Of a stretch of 47,195 nucleotides of DNA, positions 46,601 through 47,195 are shown in pieces. Positions within the stretch are counted from its first letter, which is position 1; the number at the start of each line of letters is the position of its first letter. The position numbers were made by a program, and so were the translations under genes. The DNA is taken from sequence record DRR723986_4992; one strand, 5' to 3'. A model generated the notes under the pieces. The model was not told where the DNA came from and did not search any database. It saw only the letters and a list, made by a program, of their open reading frames with translations.

Positions 46601-47195
46601 TCAGGGCAGGCGGCGCACGAAGGCCGCCTTCAGGTACTCGGTTTCCGGAATCCCGGGGTGCACCGGGTGATCCGGGCCCTGGCCACCCTGTTCGATCACC
46701 CGGGCCTCGCAGTCGGCGCGCCGAGCGGCACCTTGCAAGGCAAGATTGAGGTCAGCCCGGGACAGGTGCATGGAACAGGATCCCGCCACCAGCAGGCCTC
46801 CCGGGGACACCAGGCGCAAGCCCAGCTCGTTGATCCGGCGGTAGGCGGCGACTCCCTTGGCCAGGTCCTTGCGCCGCTGGATGAAGGCAGGCGGGTCCAG
46901 CACCACGATATCGAAGCGCCGTCCGGCCTGCGCCAGCGATGCCATTACCTCCGCGGCCTGGCCGCGCTCAATGCCCGTGCGCTCGCCCACCCCGTTCAGC
47001 GCGGCGTTGCGGCTCACTCCCTCGAGAGCTGCTGCCGAACTGTCGACACACAACACCTGCTCCGCTCCCGCCGCTGCGGCCTGCACGCCCCAGCCACCGA
47101 TATAGCTGTACACATCGAGCACCGTCTTGCCGGGCGCGTAATGCTGCAGCCGGGCGCGGGACATCCGGTGGTCGTAGAACCAGCCGGTTTTCTGG
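46601..47195 (-). CDS. RlmI-like SAM-dependent rRNA methyltransferase, C-terminal part
   Basis: QKTGWFYDHR, VLDVYSYIGGWG, FDIVVLDPPAF, SCS, DHP...ETEYLK. The 5' end lies outside the window. Confidence 0.9.
   Translation of the reverse strand, partial: QKTGWFYDHRMSRARLQHYAPGKTVLDVYSYIGGWGVQAAAAGAEQVLCVDSSAAALEGVSRNAALNGVGERTGIERGQAAEVMASLAQAGRRFDIVVLDPPAFIQRRKDLAKGVAAYRRINELGLRLVSPGGLLVAGSCSMHLSRADLNLALQGAARRADCEARVIEQGGQGPDHPVHPGIPETEYLKAAFVRRLP

Noticed and set aside
39983-47195. folA-thyA-lgt-NRDE-ptsP-rppH-HAD-rlmI neighbourhood
   Set aside because: Conserved housekeeping synteny similar to Pseudomonas; nothing unusual seen.

Overview
GC-rich gammaproteobacterial chromosomal segment. Gene content and order suggest a marine Halieaceae/OM60-NOR5-like organism; this is inference, not a database result. 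About 50 CDSs, with no rRNA, tRNA, CRISPR array, IS or prophage seen. From left to right: SDR (partial), MFS transporter, ubiX; a His/acid-rich ZnuD-like TonB-dependent receptor preceded by a small signal-peptide/CxxC/RGPP uORF; YbaY-META lipoprotein and SnoaL-like gene; an LPS/LOS glycosylation cluster (ELM1-like, glycosyltransferases, YrbL, WaaL-like); a TetR-controlled uptake and catabolic module (Na+/solute symporter, TonB-dependent receptor, acyl-CoA ligase, alpha/beta hydrolase); MscS, COMT-like methyltransferase, aldehyde dehydrogenase, orphan ExbD, small lipoproteins and VOC proteins, orphan solute-binding protein; glpQ-mmcQ-pyk-glk; a QseBC-like two-component system; a cold-shock gene; a TtpB-TtpC-ExbB-ExbD-TonB-TtpD energiser operon; folA-thyA-lgt, NRDE, ptsP-rppH, HAD phosphatase and an RlmI-like methyltransferase (partial). 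Two signals stand out. (1) A probable metal-sensing ribosome-arrest peptide whose last codons base-pair with the Shine-Dalgarno of the downstream metal receptor. (2) Three TTCAAC-N4-GTTGAA operators, two of them inside matching sigma70 promoters, that define a TetR regulon for an unknown substrate.
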